This document shows, piece after piece, positions 63,327 to 64,000 of a DNA stretch of 64,000 nt (the stretch's first letter is position 1; each line of letters starts with the position of its first letter). The stretch is from Neocallimastix sp. 'constans' (taxonomy: Eukaryota). The position numbers were made by a program, and so were the translations under genes. Location of the stretch: the NCBI GenBank assembly GCA_050613775.1, contig JBODTK010000147.1, forward strand, positions 186,001 through 250,000. Reading direction: 5' to 3'. Below the pieces are notes generated by a model. The model was not told the origin of the DNA. It ran no database searches and worked only from the letters and a program-made list of their open reading frames with translations.

Positions 63327-64000
63327 TTATTCTACATTATTAACAAAATTAATAAAGACTTGTTCAAGCGAATATTGTCCGAAATTGTATTGACTAATGA
63401 TGCCTGCTTTTTTCGCTTGTTCCATAACGGAAAATACATTGGCAATATTTTCGGTTTTCATTTGAACAGAATACTTTTGATAACTGATCGAGGATTCTAA
63501 TTGATAATTTTCATTGGAGGCTAGACCAAATATATTTTGGCCACGAACATACACCTCTTCAAATTCTTCAGGCCTATCCGTAAATACTTCAAGAATATAA
63601 CTGTGACTATGATTCATCTTAATACTCTTTGGCGAATCCACACAAACAAGACGACCCTTAATCAAGATGGCAATACGATCACAGAGGGCCTCCGCTTCTT
63701 CCGTGGAGTGGGTCGTTAGAATGGTAGCGGTTTCACGAACTTTTTTCAATTCAGAAATAAGTTTCCACATGTAACGACGTGTGAACGGATCCATACCTGC
63801 ACTGGGTTCATCCAAAATAAGATAATTTGGAGAGGAACAGATGGCAACAATTAAGGAAAGTTTACGCTTGGTACCACCACTAATTTCACTTACCTTTTTA
63901 TTTAAATGAATTTCAATACCACATGCTTCCGCTAAGGCCTTCGTATAACGTGGAATATCTTTTCTTGGGTAGCCACAAATATTCAGGTAAAATTGAATGG
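63327..64000 (-). CDS. ABC transporter subfamily A, C-terminal nucleotide-binding domain (partial; continues beyond the window)
   Basis: Open frame from the window edge: signature ISGGTKRKLSL, Walker B/D-loop YLILDEPSAGMDPFTRRYMW, H-loop LTTHSTEEAEALCDRIAIL, and the ABCA-type C-terminus QYSLEQVFINF. Confidence 0.92.
   Translation of the reverse strand, partial: IQFYLNICGYPRKDIPRYTKALAEACGIEIHLNKKVSEISGGTKRKLSLIVAICSSPNYLILDEPSAGMDPFTRRYMWKLISELKKVRETATILTTHSTEEAEALCDRIAILIKGRLVCVDSPKSIKMNHSHSYILEVFTDRPEEFEEVYVRGQNIFGLASNENYQLESSISYQKYSVQMKTENIANVFSVMEQAKKAGIISQYNFGQYSLEQVFINFVNNVE

Overview
Extremely AT-rich eukaryotic DNA with short spliceosomal introns, long homopolymer runs and microsatellites. 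The composition, a CotH-family gene and an intronless, presequence-less ketol-acid reductoisomerase suggest an anaerobic gut fungus (Neocallimastigomycota); this is an inference. All host genes are on the minus strand and were spliced by hand into continuous frames: VPS4 (10 exons, first intron probably GC-AG), a secreted CotH kinase-like protein (3 exons), a stand-alone Rap-GAP (8 exons), UTP4 (10 exons), a tandem pair of ILV5/ilvC genes whose second copy has a single nonsense codon, and the 3' end of an ABCA transporter. The intergenic DNA holds an ankyrin-repeat pseudogene, two decayed Ty1/copia elements, a probable 5' LTR with a primer-binding-site-like motif, non-LTR retrotransposon fragments, a 942-bp Mutator-like MITE, a ~3-kb duplicated unit with an internal foldback, and many heptamer satellite arrays carrying a recurrent palindromic motif. 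I found no CRISPR array, tRNA or rRNA, and no clearly new multi-gene system. The best leads are the KARI pair, the MITE, the satellite/foldback family and a poly(A)-signal hairpin in an LTR. Most short ORFs in the supplied track are translated low-complexity DNA.
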